The position numbers were made by a program, and so were the translations under genes. Below, piece by piece: positions 35,350 to 45,094 of a DNA stretch of 64,000 nucleotides; position 1 is the first letter of the stretch, and the number at the start of each line of letters is the position of its first letter. A model generated the notes under the pieces. The model made no database searches. It had not been told where the DNA came from and saw nothing but the letters and a program-made list of their open reading frames with translations. This DNA comes from Blastocatellia bacterium (GTDB taxonomy: Bacteria; Acidobacteriota; Blastocatellia; HR10), in NCBI GenBank assembly GCA_025055075.1, contig JANWYV010000009.1, positions 21,876-85,875 of the forward strand. The letters run 5' to 3'.

Positions 35350-36237
35350 TCATGGTCCCGAGGAGAACGCCAGCCGTTCGGCGCCAGCATAGACGTTGAA
35401 GCGTCCATCTCGGAGGAAACCGATGAGCGTGAGGCCGAACTCGCGAGCAACGGTCACAGCCAAGCTGCTCGGCGCTCCGACGGCAGCCACGATCGGAATA
35501 CCGGCCACGAGCGCCTTCTGCACCAATTCGAAGCTCGCGCGCCCGCTGAGGAAAACGAGCAGGTGAGATGCCGGAATCCGCTCGGCGAGCACCAAATGTC
35601 CGATCACCTTATCCATGGCGTTGTGACGACCGACATCTTCGCGCACCAGCAGCAGTCGCCCTTGCTCGTCGAAGAGCGCCGAGGCGTGGACACCTCCAGT
35701 GCGAGCGAAAAGCGTTTGCGCGCGTCGCGCCAGATCCGGCAGGGCGAGGAGCACTTCGCGAGAGACCGAAACGGGTTCCGCGAGCGATCCTCGGACGAGT
35801 GCGCGCACGAGTTCCAGCGACGCCTTCCCACAGATGCCGCAGCTTGAGGTCGTGTAGAAGTTCCGGCTGAGGCGCGCTGGATCCACTTTCACGCCTTCGG
35901 CCAGGACGACGTCCACGACGTTGCAGCGTTCATGTTCGGAAGAGTAACGGACGTCGCGAATGTCTTGGCGGCTTCGAATCACGCCTTCCGCGAAGAGGAA
36001 GCCGATGGCCAGCTCGAAATCATGGCCCGGCGTGCGCATGGTCACAGCCAGGCTATGCGCGACCCATGTCCCTCCCTCGTGCTGGAGCACGCGCACTTCC
36101 ATCGGTTCTTCGACGGCCAACATTTCTTCCCGCGCGCGGACGCCATCTCGGCCGACCACGAGCGCAGCAGTGCTACAGAGGAGATCCAGCGTCTCCCTCG
36201 TCATTGTCTCCGAAGGGAGTAGACCGAATTCCTTCAT
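35350..36237 (-). CDS. fdhD: Formate dehydrogenase accessory sulfurtransferase FdhD
   Basis: SSCGICGK motif and FdhD-like fold. ATG 36237 abuts the stop of the upstream molybdoenzyme gene. Confidence 0.85.
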   Translation of the reverse strand: MKEFGLLPSETMTRETLDLLCSTAALVVGRDGVRAREEMLAVEEPMEVRVLQHEGGTWVAHSLAVTMRTPGHDFELAIGFLFAEGVIRSRQDIRDVRYSSEHERCNVVDVVLAEGVKVDPARLSRNFYTTSSCGICGKASLELVRALVRGSLAEPVSVSREVLLALPDLARRAQTLFARTGGVHASALFDEQGRLLLVREDVGRHNAMDKVIGHLVLAERIPASHLLVFLSGRASFELVQKALVAGIPIVAAVGAPSSLAVTVAREFGLTLIGFLRDGRFNVYAGAERLAFSSGP

Positions 36238-38423
36238 GCCGTTCGCCCCAAATCCGGGAGGATTTCGACGATCGCGCTGCGAAAGGCTGGCATGCCGCAT
36301 TCGGGATCATGCGCACCGCGTGGGATGAGTACGTTCGCTTCAGGCCAATACATCATCGCCGTGCCGGGATAGATTGGTCCCGAGCGCGCGCGCCCATGAA
36401 ATTCGCCAACCTCCGAACGCACCAGGACGGGGTCACCATCGCGAAGGCCGAGACGCTGCATGTCCTCCGGCGCGAGGATGACGTCCTCGCGATGTGCCTC
36501 AGCAAGCACATCGCGAGGATGGAAGACCATGCTGTTGAATTGCTTCCCCCGACGAGTCGTCAGGTGAAAACGGCCTTCGGGAACCTCGCGCTCCGGCGGC
36601 ACAAGCGGTGTGAAACGCGCTCTTCCACTCGGCGTGGGGAATTGACCTCCCTCGCCAAGCCGCGGGCCGCCCCATTGAATTTGATCCCCGCGCTGTCGCA
36701 GGTCTTGAATTCCACCGTAGAACGGAACGATGCGCGCGATCTCCGCTCGAATCGCTGCGGTTGAAGGGAAGGCGATCTTCGCCGCCCATTCCGGGCGAAC
36801 GCGCTGAGCGATCCCCACCAGCGCGCGCCATTCATCGCGAGCTTCGGGCAGGCGCGGTCCCGGGATCTCAGGATTGAAGAGGATGCGCCGTTCGGTCGTC
36901 GTCTCCGTATTGCCGCCCGCCATCTCATAGCGCGTCGTCGCCGGAAGGATCAGGACCGTATCGGCTGGCTCCACGAACATCTGTGGGTTGAGGACGATGT
37001 CATGATGCACGCGCAGGGGGATGCGAGCGAGCGCTTCTCGAACGAATTGGCTTTCGGGGAGAATGCCCGTGAGATTGCTGCCAATGAGATAGAACACGTC
37101 CAACTCCCCCCGATGCGCCGCCTCGATCATCTCCGCGACGAAATATCCCCGCCAGGCGGGGACGGGGAATCCCCATTCCGCGGCCAATTGCTCCGCGCTC
37201 TGCTCGGTGATCGGGAGGCCACCCGGAAATTGATTGGGGACAGCGCCCATCTCCGCACCTCCTTGGACACCGGAGTGGCCGCGAATGGCGACGAGCCCAC
37301 AATGCGGACGTCCGATCATCCCACGCGCCAGCGCCAGATTAACAATGGCCTTCACATTGGCCACGCCGTGCTCATGCATGGTCACTCCCATGGACCAGAT
37401 GAACACGGCCGTTTGCGCGCGAGCATACAGGCGCGCGAAATCCAACATGCACTCGCGCGTCGTGCCGGAGAGGCGTTCCAGGTGCTCAAAGCGCTGCTCG
37501 TCCAGCGCGCGCACCAACTCTTCCCAGCCTTCCGTATGTTCCGCGATGAACGCGCGGTCCACCCATCCGTTCGCGATGAGATGTTTGAGGACGCCATTCA
37601 AAAAGGCGATGTCGCCGCCGACGCGAATCTGGAAGAACGCGTCGGCGACCCGCGTCCCGAAGAGCGCGGAGTCGAGCGAGGAAGGGACCCAATATTTCTC
37701 CAACCCCGGCTCGCGATAGGGATTGATGACGACGACGCGGGTGCCTTGCTTCTTCGCCAGATGAATGTACTTCATCGCCACCGGTTGATTGTTGGCGATG
37801 TCGCTGCCGATGAGCACGAGCAGGTCCGTCCCGATCCAATCTCGGTAGCTGCAGGTCGAGGCCGCGTAGCCGATCGTCTGTTTGAGCGCCGTCGTGCTCG
37901 GCGCGTGGCAGACGCGCGCCGAATTATCGATATGATTCGTGCCCAACAAGCGCGCGACCTTCTGAGCCACGTAGTAAGTCTCGTTCACTGTGCCGCGCGA
38001 GGCCACGTAAAAGGCGAGACGCTCGGGCGTGGTCGCACGCACGCGTTCGGCGATCAGCTCCAGCGCTTCGTTCCATGAGATCGGTTGGAATCCAGTATCG
38101 CCTCGCCGACGCACAAGTGGCCTCGGGATACGCCCCAATCCGCGCAACTCGGGTTCGCTCATTGCCTGCAGCCGCGTCACGTCGTCGAGAAGCCGTATAT
38201 CGAGCGGCCCCATCGTATTCAGGCGGAGGAGACGGAGTCGAATCCAGCAGAGGTGAATTCCAGAGATCGTCCAATCGCGCAGGCCGCTAGTGCCGAGCGC
38301 GCATCCATCGCAGACGCCCTGGGTCAGAATCCGCCACGCATAGCCGAGCCGATCGCGGTTCTCCCAAACGGCGCGAAAGACTTCCAGATAGGACGCGATC
38401 TGTCGCTTCCGCTCGCCTCGCAT
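36234..38423 (-). CDS. Molybdopterin oxidoreductase, FdhF-related YdeP-like alpha subunit
   Basis: 729 aa. N-terminal Cys cluster ([12 protein letters not shown]), MopB catalytic core and C-terminal molybdopterin dinucleotide-binding domain. No in-frame TGA. Confidence 0.8.
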   Translation of the reverse strand: MRGERKRQIASYLEVFRAVWENRDRLGYAWRILTQGVCDGCALGTSGLRDWTISGIHLCWIRLRLLRLNTMGPLDIRLLDDVTRLQAMSEPELRGLGRIPRPLVRRRGDTGFQPISWNEALELIAERVRATTPERLAFYVASRGTVNETYYVAQKVARLLGTNHIDNSARVCHAPSTTALKQTIGYAASTCSYRDWIGTDLLVLIGSDIANNQPVAMKYIHLAKKQGTRVVVINPYREPGLEKYWVPSSLDSALFGTRVADAFFQIRVGGDIAFLNGVLKHLIANGWVDRAFIAEHTEGWEELVRALDEQRFEHLERLSGTTRECMLDFARLYARAQTAVFIWSMGVTMHEHGVANVKAIVNLALARGMIGRPHCGLVAIRGHSGVQGGAEMGAVPNQFPGGLPITEQSAEQLAAEWGFPVPAWRGYFVAEMIEAAHRGELDVFYLIGSNLTGILPESQFVREALARIPLRVHHDIVLNPQMFVEPADTVLILPATTRYEMAGGNTETTTERRILFNPEIPGPRLPEARDEWRALVGIAQRVRPEWAAKIAFPSTAAIRAEIARIVPFYGGIQDLRQRGDQIQWGGPRLGEGGQFPTPSGRARFTPLVPPEREVPEGRFHLTTRRGKQFNSMVFHPRDVLAEAHREDVILAPEDMQRLGLRDGDPVLVRSEVGEFHGRARSGPIYPGTAMMYWPEANVLIPRGAHDPECGMPAFRSAIVEILPDLGRTA

Positions 38424-38555
38424 TCCGCCTTCCTGTCGAGGAAGAGTTTACCGGCGGTGATCGGCATGGTCAACGCACGAAGGGACCGCCGGGGACGACG
38501 AGCGGAAATCATTCGTCCACACTCTCCGGCGAAAGGCGGCTCGGTGAGGCGCCGA

Positions 38556-39257
38556 CTACAACTCCCCATGCTCGGCGAAGCTCCAATAGCGGTTGGAGCC
38601 GACGACGAGATGATCGAGGAGCGAGATCTCCATCAAGCGACAGGCCTCTTTCAGCTCGCGCGTGATCCGACGGTCTTGGGGACTCGGTTCAGGATTTCCC
38701 GATGGATGATTGTGCGCACAGATGATGGCCGCGGCGCCGTGCTGGAGGGCGCGCTTGATGACTTCGCGCGGATGAACGGAGCTGGCGTTGATGGTGCCGC
38801 GGAACATTTCCTCAATGGCCAGGATCTCGTTCTTGCTGTTCAGAAAGAGCACGGTGAAGACCTCGTGATCGAGGTCGCGCATCGAATGGGCTAAGAGCTG
38901 GTAAACATCGTCGGGATTTCGAATGGCGCGCCGCTCGCCGAGTTGCTCGCGCAGATAGCGCTTGCTCAGCTCGATGGTGGCCAGCAGGGTCGCGATCTTG
39001 GCATCGCCGAGTCCCTTGACGGCGCGCAGCTCGCGATAATCGGCGGAGAAAAGCCCGCGCAGTCCTTGGAAGCGTTGCAAGAGCGCGCGCGCCAGATCCA
39101 CAGCACTGCGACCACTCACGCCCGTTCGCAAGAAGATGGCCAGCAGCTCCGCATCCGACAGCGCTCCAGGCCCTTGCTTGAGCAAGCGTTCGCGCGGCCG
39201 CTCATGCTGCGGCCAATACTTGATGGCATCTTCGCGGAGTGGTTCTTTCGTCTCCAT
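38556..39257 (-). CDS. radC: RadC-family JAB-domain protein (UPF0758)
   Basis: HhH-like N-terminus (ERPRERLLKQGPGALSDAELLAIFLRTG) and JAMM motif HNHPSGNPEPSPQD. ATG 39257 chosen (METKEPL...). Confidence 0.8.
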   Translation of the reverse strand: METKEPLREDAIKYWPQHERPRERLLKQGPGALSDAELLAIFLRTGVSGRSAVDLARALLQRFQGLRGLFSADYRELRAVKGLGDAKIATLLATIELSKRYLREQLGERRAIRNPDDVYQLLAHSMRDLDHEVFTVLFLNSKNEILAIEEMFRGTINASSVHPREVIKRALQHGAAAIICAHNHPSGNPEPSPQDRRITRELKEACRLMEISLLDHLVVGSNRYWSFAEHGEL

Positions 39258-39304
39258 ACGAGGCGAGCGAAGGGGGGATCCGCATTCGGATCCCCCCTCG
39301 AGGT

Positions 39305-40387
39305 TCACGATCGCACGCCGGCTTGATACCGCCGGTACCACTCTGGCCCTTGATGCTGGAGGCGGAGATTGGTGCGGCCACCGAAGCGACGGTGCTCGAA
39401 CCAGGGCGTCGCGCGCTCGGCGATTTCGTTGAGCTGACGGAAATTCTCTCGCGCCTGCGTCTCCAACGCCTGCACAAGCTTCGCCTCATCCGGGTAGAGG
39501 GCCACGGCGTCTTTCCAAATCGCGCGTCCACAGAGGAAGCCGTTGGCGCCGGCCTCGACGGCGAGCTTCGTGTTCTCGAGGAATTCTTCGATGTCTACGC
39601 CTGCGCTCAAGAGGACCCACGGAACGCCCGCCGCTTCATTCAACTCCCGACAGTACGCCTTCACCTCTTCGAGCGTGTACACGGGCTCGGCGTCCTTCTT
39701 CCCGAAGGGAGCCGATTGGAACTCGCGGCAATATTTCAGATTCGCCGGGAATTCCAACTTCAGCACGTCCACCCGATATTCGGGCTTGGAGAATTCCTGC
39801 GCACTTCGGATGACGATCCCAGGTTTCTGCCGCGCATATTCGGGCGTGTTCGTGCCGCCGCCATCGAGCGCGTAACCGACTGTCTCCAGGAGGAACGGGA
39901 TGTCCAACTCAGCGCACTCTTGACCGACGCGTCGCACGAGGTCCTGCTGGTGCTGGCGCGCTTTCTCATCGGCGTCCGGGTGATAGTAGAGCAGGAGCTT
40001 CACGGCATCCGCTCCCGCCGCGCGCGCCTTCCACGCGCTCCACCCATCAATCAGCTTCGTGTACCGGCTTTTCCCGATGGCTTCGTATCCGGTCTCCTCA
40101 TAGGCCAGCAACAACCCGACGTGCCCCGGGATGTAAGCGATCGAGTGCGGGTATCCGTAGATCGGATCCGTGAGCACGGCCGTCGCCATCGGCGCGAGGA
40201 TCTTCGTCACCAGTTGTTTCACGCGCGCGATCTCTTCGAACGTCACTTGCTCTTTCGGCTTGCCCGAAGAGCGAGCGAGGGATTCAATGAGTGAGCCGCG
40301 TTGATCAATGGCCATCATCTTGAATCGGCCAGCCGCGTCGGCCAGCCGCATGAGCCCGCGAAGTTTTCCCGCCGAGATCTCTGTCAT
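39305..40387 (-). CDS. Class I aldolase of the tagatose-1,6-bisphosphate aldolase (LacD)/sulfofructosephosphate aldolase family
   Basis: MTEISAGKLRGLMRLADAAGRFKMMAIDQRGSL...DAVKLLLYYHPD...VDVLKLEFP matches the LacD-like TIM-barrel pattern. The track ORF (to 40726) has a 113-codon non-coding-looking extension. Confidence 0.7.
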   Translation of the reverse strand: MTEISAGKLRGLMRLADAAGRFKMMAIDQRGSLIESLARSSGKPKEQVTFEEIARVKQLVTKILAPMATAVLTDPIYGYPHSIAYIPGHVGLLLAYEETGYEAIGKSRYTKLIDGWSAWKARAAGADAVKLLLYYHPDADEKARQHQQDLVRRVGQECAELDIPFLLETVGYALDGGGTNTPEYARQKPGIVIRSAQEFSKPEYRVDVLKLEFPANLKYCREFQSAPFGKKDAEPVYTLEEVKAYCRELNEAAGVPWVLLSAGVDIEEFLENTKLAVEAGANGFLCGRAIWKDAVALYPDEAKLVQALETQARENFRQLNEIAERATPWFEHRRFGGRTNLRLQHQGPEWYRRYQAGVRS

Positions 40388-40445
40388 GCTCTCCTCCCTG
40401 ATCGTGTGATGAACGAACAAGAATAGCGAAAGCGCGGCGCTCTCC

Positions 40446-41486
40446 TCAAGGACGCTGGGCGAAGGGGGCGTCATCCGTATCGCTCGGCTTCGCGCGCGGT
40501 GCAGATGGCTCGTTGGAGCTTTGCGCGCCGTCCCAATGAGCGCGCCACAGCTCCAAGAGTTCGTGGAATTCTTTCGGCGGGGGGGAGTGAAAAGCGAGCC
40601 ATTCACCCGTGCGCGGATGGTGAAAGGCGAGTGAAGCGGCGTGCAGGAAATGGCGCTCGAAGCGGCGGCCCACGCATCGCATCCACGCTTCGAACGCGGC
40701 GTGAGCCTCCTTCCCGTAGAGGGCATCGCCGACGAGGGGATGTCCGATCGCGGCCAGATGGATGCGAATCTGGTGCGTGCGTCCGGTGTGCGGTCGCGCT
40801 TCCAGAAGCGTGAGGCCGCGCGCGGCGTCCAGCACGCGTATCTCGGTGAGCGCTTCTCGGCCCGAATCCATCACCCGCCAATGCGGATACTGCTCAGGGT
40901 CCCATCCGATCGGCTGCGCGATCCGAAGCGTCTTCTCGGACAGCTCACCGTGAACGATGGCGAGGTAGGTTTTCTCGACGCGACGTTCGCGGAAGTGGCG
41001 CGCCAGGACGCGATGCGCCGATTCGGTCTTCGCGATCACGAGGAGTCCCGAAGTGAGGCGATCGAGGCGATGGACTAGTCCGGGACGCGTCCCCGGCGCT
41101 TGTTGACTCAGATGGTGACAGAGCGCATTCAGCAACGTGCCCGAGGTCACGTCGCGGTTCGGATATACGAGCATGCCCGCCGGTTTCTCCACGATCAGGA
41201 TCGCGTCATCCTCGAAGAGGATATTGAGCGGAATGGGTTCGGGGACGAGCGCCGGCGTCGGCCGAGGATCGATCTCGACGGTCACGAGATCGCCCGCTCG
41301 CAATCGGTAGTTCGAGCGCGAGGGGTGACCATTGACGCGCACGCGCCCATCGGCCGTCGCGCGCCGTAACACCACGCGGCTCACCTGCGGGAACGCGCGC
41401 GCCAGAAAGTGGTCGAGCCGTTGACGCGCTTCGGCTTCCCCGATCGGGAAGACGAAGCGAACGGTTTGCTCCACCTTCTCCCCCAT
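40446..41486 (-). CDS. rluD: RluA-family 23S rRNA pseudouridine synthase (RluD-like, S4 domain)
   Basis: S4 domain (RLDHFLARAF...), catalytic motif HRLDRLTSGLLV and GRTHQIRIHLA. Confidence 0.85.
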   Translation of the reverse strand: MGEKVEQTVRFVFPIGEAEARQRLDHFLARAFPQVSRVVLRRATADGRVRVNGHPSRSNYRLRAGDLVTVEIDPRPTPALVPEPIPLNILFEDDAILIVEKPAGMLVYPNRDVTSGTLLNALCHHLSQQAPGTRPGLVHRLDRLTSGLLVIAKTESAHRVLARHFRERRVEKTYLAIVHGELSEKTLRIAQPIGWDPEQYPHWRVMDSGREALTEIRVLDAARGLTLLEARPHTGRTHQIRIHLAAIGHPLVGDALYGKEAHAAFEAWMRCVGRRFERHFLHAASLAFHHPRTGEWLAFHSPPPKEFHELLELWRAHWDGAQSSNEPSAPRAKPSDTDDAPFAQRP

Positions 41487-41576
41487 CGTCGCCAAGTATA
41501 CGAAGAGGACGGCCTCAGAAGGAACGCGCGACGGAGCGACCGCGAGCGTCCGTTTCTGGAGGTTGCTCTCGACGCG

Positions 41577-41605
41577 TGGCTTCCTCGCCCATTTCTCGGT
41601 ATAAT
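41577..41605 (+). promoter_or_regulatory. Candidate promoter for moaA (short leader)
   Basis: TGGCTT (41577-41582), a 17-bp spacer, then TATAAT (41600-41605), 20 nt before ATG 41626. Confidence 0.4.
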
Positions 41606-41625
41606 GCCTCACCGCGAGAGCGGAC

Positions 41626-42636
41626 ATGAGCGTGCGCGATCAATATCAGCGTCCGGCGAAGGACCTGCGCATCTCGGTCACCGACCGATGCAATTTCCGC
41701 TGCCTCTACTGCATGCCGTTGCCGGAGTACGCATGGGTGGAGCGAAAGGAACTGCTCACCTTCGAGGAGATCACGCGCCTGACACGTCTGTTCGTTCAGC
41801 TCGGCGTAGAGAAGATCAAGTTGACGGGCGGCGAGCCGCTGCTTCGACGCGACCTCGAAGATTTGATCGCGCGGCTGGCGGCGATCCCTGGGGTGCGCGA
41901 TCTCTGTCTGACGACCAATGGAGCGCTGCTGGCTGAGAAGGCCGAACGATTGCGCGCGGCCGGGCTCCATCGCGTGAATGTGAGCTTAGACACACTCGAT
42001 GCCGAGAAGTTCCGACGGATCACGCAATGGGGCCAGCTCGAGCGGGTGCTCGAAGGGCTCTTCGAGGCGAAGCGCGTCGGTCTGCATCCGGTGAAAATCA
42101 ATGCTGTGATCGAGCGTGGGATGAACGAGGATGATATCGTCCCACTTGCCCGATTCGCGCTCGAGCATGGCTTCGCGCTGCGATTCATCGAGTACATGGA
42201 CGTCGGGACGACGAACAACTGGCGATGGGAGAAGGTCCTCCCGAAGGCGGAGATCGTGCGCATCCTGGCGCGGGAATTCCCGCTTCGGGAGATCGGGCGG
42301 GAACGGGAGAGCGATACGGCCGTGCGCTACCAATTGGCCGATGGGCGCGGAGACATCGGCATCATCGCATCCGTGACCGAGCCGTTCTGTGCTGGATGTA
42401 CGCGCGTGCGCCTGACGTCGGACGGGAAGCTCGTGACGTGCCTCTTCTCCGCCGGGGGCTATGATGTGAAAGCGTTGTTGCGAGGGAATGCTTCGGACGA
42501 AGAGATCCTCGCCGCCATCTCTCGCGTATGGATGGCCCGCCGCGATCGCTATTCGGAGGAGCGATGGGAAGCGCTTCGCGCCGGACGCCTGCTCTCAGCG
42601 CAGTCCCGCTGGGAGATGATCCAATTGGGGGGATGA
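41626..42636 (+). CDS. moaA: GTP 3',8-cyclase (radical SAM)
   Basis: CNFRCLYCMP radical-SAM cluster, C-terminal CAGCTRVRLTSDGKL second cluster, terminal GG. Confidence 0.9.
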   Translation: MSVRDQYQRPAKDLRISVTDRCNFRCLYCMPLPEYAWVERKELLTFEEITRLTRLFVQLGVEKIKLTGGEPLLRRDLEDLIARLAAIPGVRDLCLTTNGALLAEKAERLRAAGLHRVNVSLDTLDAEKFRRITQWGQLERVLEGLFEAKRVGLHPVKINAVIERGMNEDDIVPLARFALEHGFALRFIEYMDVGTTNNWRWEKVLPKAEIVRILAREFPLREIGRERESDTAVRYQLADGRGDIGIIASVTEPFCAGCTRVRLTSDGKLVTCLFSAGGYDVKALLRGNASDEEILAAISRVWMARRDRYSEERWEALRAGRLLSAQSRWEMIQLGG

Positions 42637-42648
42637 GCGGCCCCTCCC

Positions 42649-43176
42649 TCACTGCGACTTCGGTTGAGGGTGCGTGAGAATCCGCTCGCCCGCGAAGGCA
42701 TTGAGGGCTTCAAAGCGCAACCGCGTCGCTGTCTTGAGGACGCGCTCGGCCTCGGAGGCCAAGCTCATTGGGAATGCGCGCACGGTGGGCTCCAAGTCCT
42801 TGAGGTGTTGTCGCACATGGAGATCGAAATCCTTGTAAGCGCCCTTTCGTCGCCCTCCAGGGGGGACCGTTTCGATCTGCGCAAACGCGTGTTCGAGGAG
42901 CGCCTGATAGGCGAGCAGCACCGATAGAGCCGAATCGAAGCTCTCTTGGTCGGTGAGGCGCTTGGCGTCGCGAAGGCGATTCTCCGCAATTTTCAGAAGC
43001 AGACGAACCTGTTTGGCCGGGTTCCTCTCTCGGGCGAATTGCGCTCGTTCCTCGGGTGTCAAAAGGGCGGAGAGGTCAGCCCCTTGTCGGAAGGGGCCAG
43101 CTCCCCCTTCCACCGGAAGGGCGATGAGCGCTGCGAGCGCTCCCAGGCGAATCCATCGTGCGAGGCGAGAGCGCAT
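42649..43176 (-). CDS. Secreted hypothetical protein
   Basis: Signal peptide (LGALAALIALPVEG) and a helical body. Lies 21 bp downstream of the TPR gene. No family recognised. Confidence 0.45.
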   Translation of the reverse strand: MRSRLARWIRLGALAALIALPVEGGAGPFRQGADLSALLTPEERAQFARERNPAKQVRLLLKIAENRLRDAKRLTDQESFDSALSVLLAYQALLEHAFAQIETVPPGGRRKGAYKDFDLHVRQHLKDLEPTVRAFPMSLASEAERVLKTATRLRFEALNAFAGERILTHPQPKSQ

Positions 43177-43197
43177 CCCTGTTGGCTCACAGATCTC

Positions 43198-44655
43198 TCA
43201 CCGCCGGCGCTTCTTGGCTTCCTCGATTTGCCGTCGCAACGCGGGCAAGCGGAATTGCACGCTCTCGATCTCCGTTCGGTGTTTCGTCGGATCAGCGAGC
43301 GTAAGGAAGCGTTCGTAGAGCGGAAGCGCGCGCTCGTAGTCGCGCAGCCGATCGTAGCAGATGGCGAGGAAGTAATAGGCGACGGCGGTCTCCGGTCGGC
43401 GCTCGATGACCCACGTGAATTCGCGAGCCGCTTGCGCGTAGTCCTTCAGCTCGAAATAGGCCGTCCCCAGTCCCGCGCGCGCCGGATAGTTGTTCGGATC
43501 GCGAGTGAGAACACTCGCGAAGACTTCGATCGCTTCGGGAAAGCGGCGAAGCTTCAAGAGCGCCGCACCCAGATTCGTGCGGTGGTTGAGGTTCTCCGGA
43601 TCGAACCGTGCGGCTTGCTCGAAAGCGCGCGCTGCCTTCTCCGGATCGTTCGGAAGGAGCAATTCGCCGAGCAGCGCCTGCGCCTTCGGATCCTGGGGAT
43701 GCGTTTCGGCGAGCTGCTGCGCGTGCGCGAGGGCCTCGGCCGTGCGTCCGGTTCGCTCCAACAGCGCGATCAAGAGTTCCCGGGCCTCTCGGTGAGTCGG
43801 TTCGCGCGCGAGGATTTGCTGAAAGAGTGCGATGGCGTCTTCCGTTCGTCCGGCGAGGGCATAGGCTTCGGCCAATCGCTGCTCAGCGACCGTCGTCTTG
43901 CGGACGCGCGCCAGGACTTCTAAGTCTTCGAGCGCGCGGGCGTAATCTTTTCGCGCCAAGAGCAATCGGCTGCGCGCCTCGCGCGCAGCCAGAGCGTTCG
44001 GATCGAGCGCGAGAGCGCGCGCGTAGGCCTGCAGGGCGGCTTCGGGATTATCCTTTTGCTCCTCGGCCAGGCCGAGCAAGATGTAGAACGCCGCTGTCGG
44101 CGGACCGAGTTCCGCCGCGCGATTCAATTCGGCAATCGCTTCATCGGGAGCTTTCCGCGCTAAAGCGAGAGACGCCCGCACAATGCGGACCCGTTGAAAC
44201 TGAGGATCGAGCGCCTGCGCGCGCTCCAGGTGTGCCTCGGCTTCCGCGAGGCGACGACGATGCAGGAGGACTTCCGCAAGCAACGTGTGGACGCGGGCGA
44301 AGAAAGCTGCCAGTGTCGGCTCAGCCGTTGTGTCATCCAGCAGCTCGCGCTCGCGTTCGAGCACGCGAAGGAGGTCCTTTTCGCTCTCCTCCCATCGGTC
44401 GAGGGCGAAATATGCCGCCGCACGTTGATAAAGGGCTTCGGGGAAATCCGGCAGATGCTCCAAAGCCGCCGTGTAGAGCGCGATCGCCTCCGTCAATCGC
44501 CCCTGTTCGTGAGCGGCCTGTCCCGCCTCGAATTTCGCGATGGCTTCTTCCCGCGCGCGCGCTTCGGCGGTCGGTTGCTGCAGGCGCTCGGAGGCGCCCA
44601 GACCGACTCGGATGAGCAGAAGCAGAAGGATGATCGCGATGTGACCGTTCCTCAT
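43198..44655 (-). CDS. Exported/anchored TPR-repeat protein
   Basis: Start trimmed to ATG 44655 (MRNGHIAIILLLLLIRVGLGA...). About ten TPR units follow (AIALYTAALEHLPDFPEALYQRAAAYF...). The 215 upstream codons of the track ORF overlap rnj and look non-coding. Confidence 0.75.
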   Translation of the reverse strand: MRNGHIAIILLLLLIRVGLGASERLQQPTAEARAREEAIAKFEAGQAAHEQGRLTEAIALYTAALEHLPDFPEALYQRAAAYFALDRWEESEKDLLRVLERERELLDDTTAEPTLAAFFARVHTLLAEVLLHRRRLAEAEAHLERAQALDPQFQRVRIVRASLALARKAPDEAIAELNRAAELGPPTAAFYILLGLAEEQKDNPEAALQAYARALALDPNALAAREARSRLLLARKDYARALEDLEVLARVRKTTVAEQRLAEAYALAGRTEDAIALFQQILAREPTHREARELLIALLERTGRTAEALAHAQQLAETHPQDPKAQALLGELLLPNDPEKAARAFEQAARFDPENLNHRTNLGAALLKLRRFPEAIEVFASVLTRDPNNYPARAGLGTAYFELKDYAQAAREFTWVIERRPETAVAYYFLAICYDRLRDYERALPLYERFLTLADPTKHRTEIESVQFRLPALRRQIEEAKKRRR

Positions 44656-44950
44656 CGTTCGTCCTCGTCCGCGTGGGGAAATCGTAGCACAATTTCTGGG
44701 CTGCCGCATCTTTTCCCGGACGTGGCTCGGCGCTGGGATAGAAAGAGGCCTTCGCAGGAGGAGTAGAAGATGGCGTTTGGACGCTTCGGGCGTGATCGAG
44801 ACGCGAAGATTCGTGGTCGGGTGATCGAAGCCGCTGATGCCATGGTCAGGGCGGCGAACGCGCATCATCGGCCGCGCGCGATCTGGGCGATGCGCATGAC
44901 GTCTTCGCGCGCGAGCGAGCGCGACCGATGCCCCCTTGTTCTTCTCTCGC

Positions 44951-44980
44951 TTGCTCTTCCTCGCGGGGGGGATGTAGAAT
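44951..44980 (+). promoter_or_regulatory. Candidate promoter for rnj
   Basis: TTGCTC (44951-44956), an 18-bp spacer, then TAGAAT (44975-44980). Implies a leader of about 110 nt. Confidence 0.4.
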
Positions 44981-45094
44981 GTCCCTTGTTCATCTGCCGA
45001 TGTGGGGACGAGCGAAGACGTCCGTGGGAGTCGCGCCATCGGGTGGGGGACGACACGGCGCATCCCAAGATTCTCCCAAGGAGAGAGGGCAACC

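Noticed and set aside
38424-38555. Possible Moco riboswitch in the 132-nt leader of the YdeP-like molybdoenzyme gene (minus strand contains CGCCTCACCGAGCC, a CCGGCGG/CCGCCGG stem and GGAAGG near the RBS)
   Set aside because: From memory, the arrangement of these elements does not match the Moco-motif layout, where the conserved GCCUCCC and GGAAAGG segments lie close together near the 3' end. I cannot build a convincing multi-stem fold by eye. A cmsearch with Rfam RF01055 would settle it. A hit above threshold would overturn this rejection.
37002-38894. 358-aa and 269-aa plus-strand ORFs over the molybdoenzyme and radC region; also 8108-8812, 39239-40294, 42946-44615, 54472-55500, 28415-29479 and 1221-2132
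   Set aside because: All overlap well-supported conserved genes on the opposite strand and have low-complexity Arg/Asp-rich products. I treat them as GC-driven open mirror frames.
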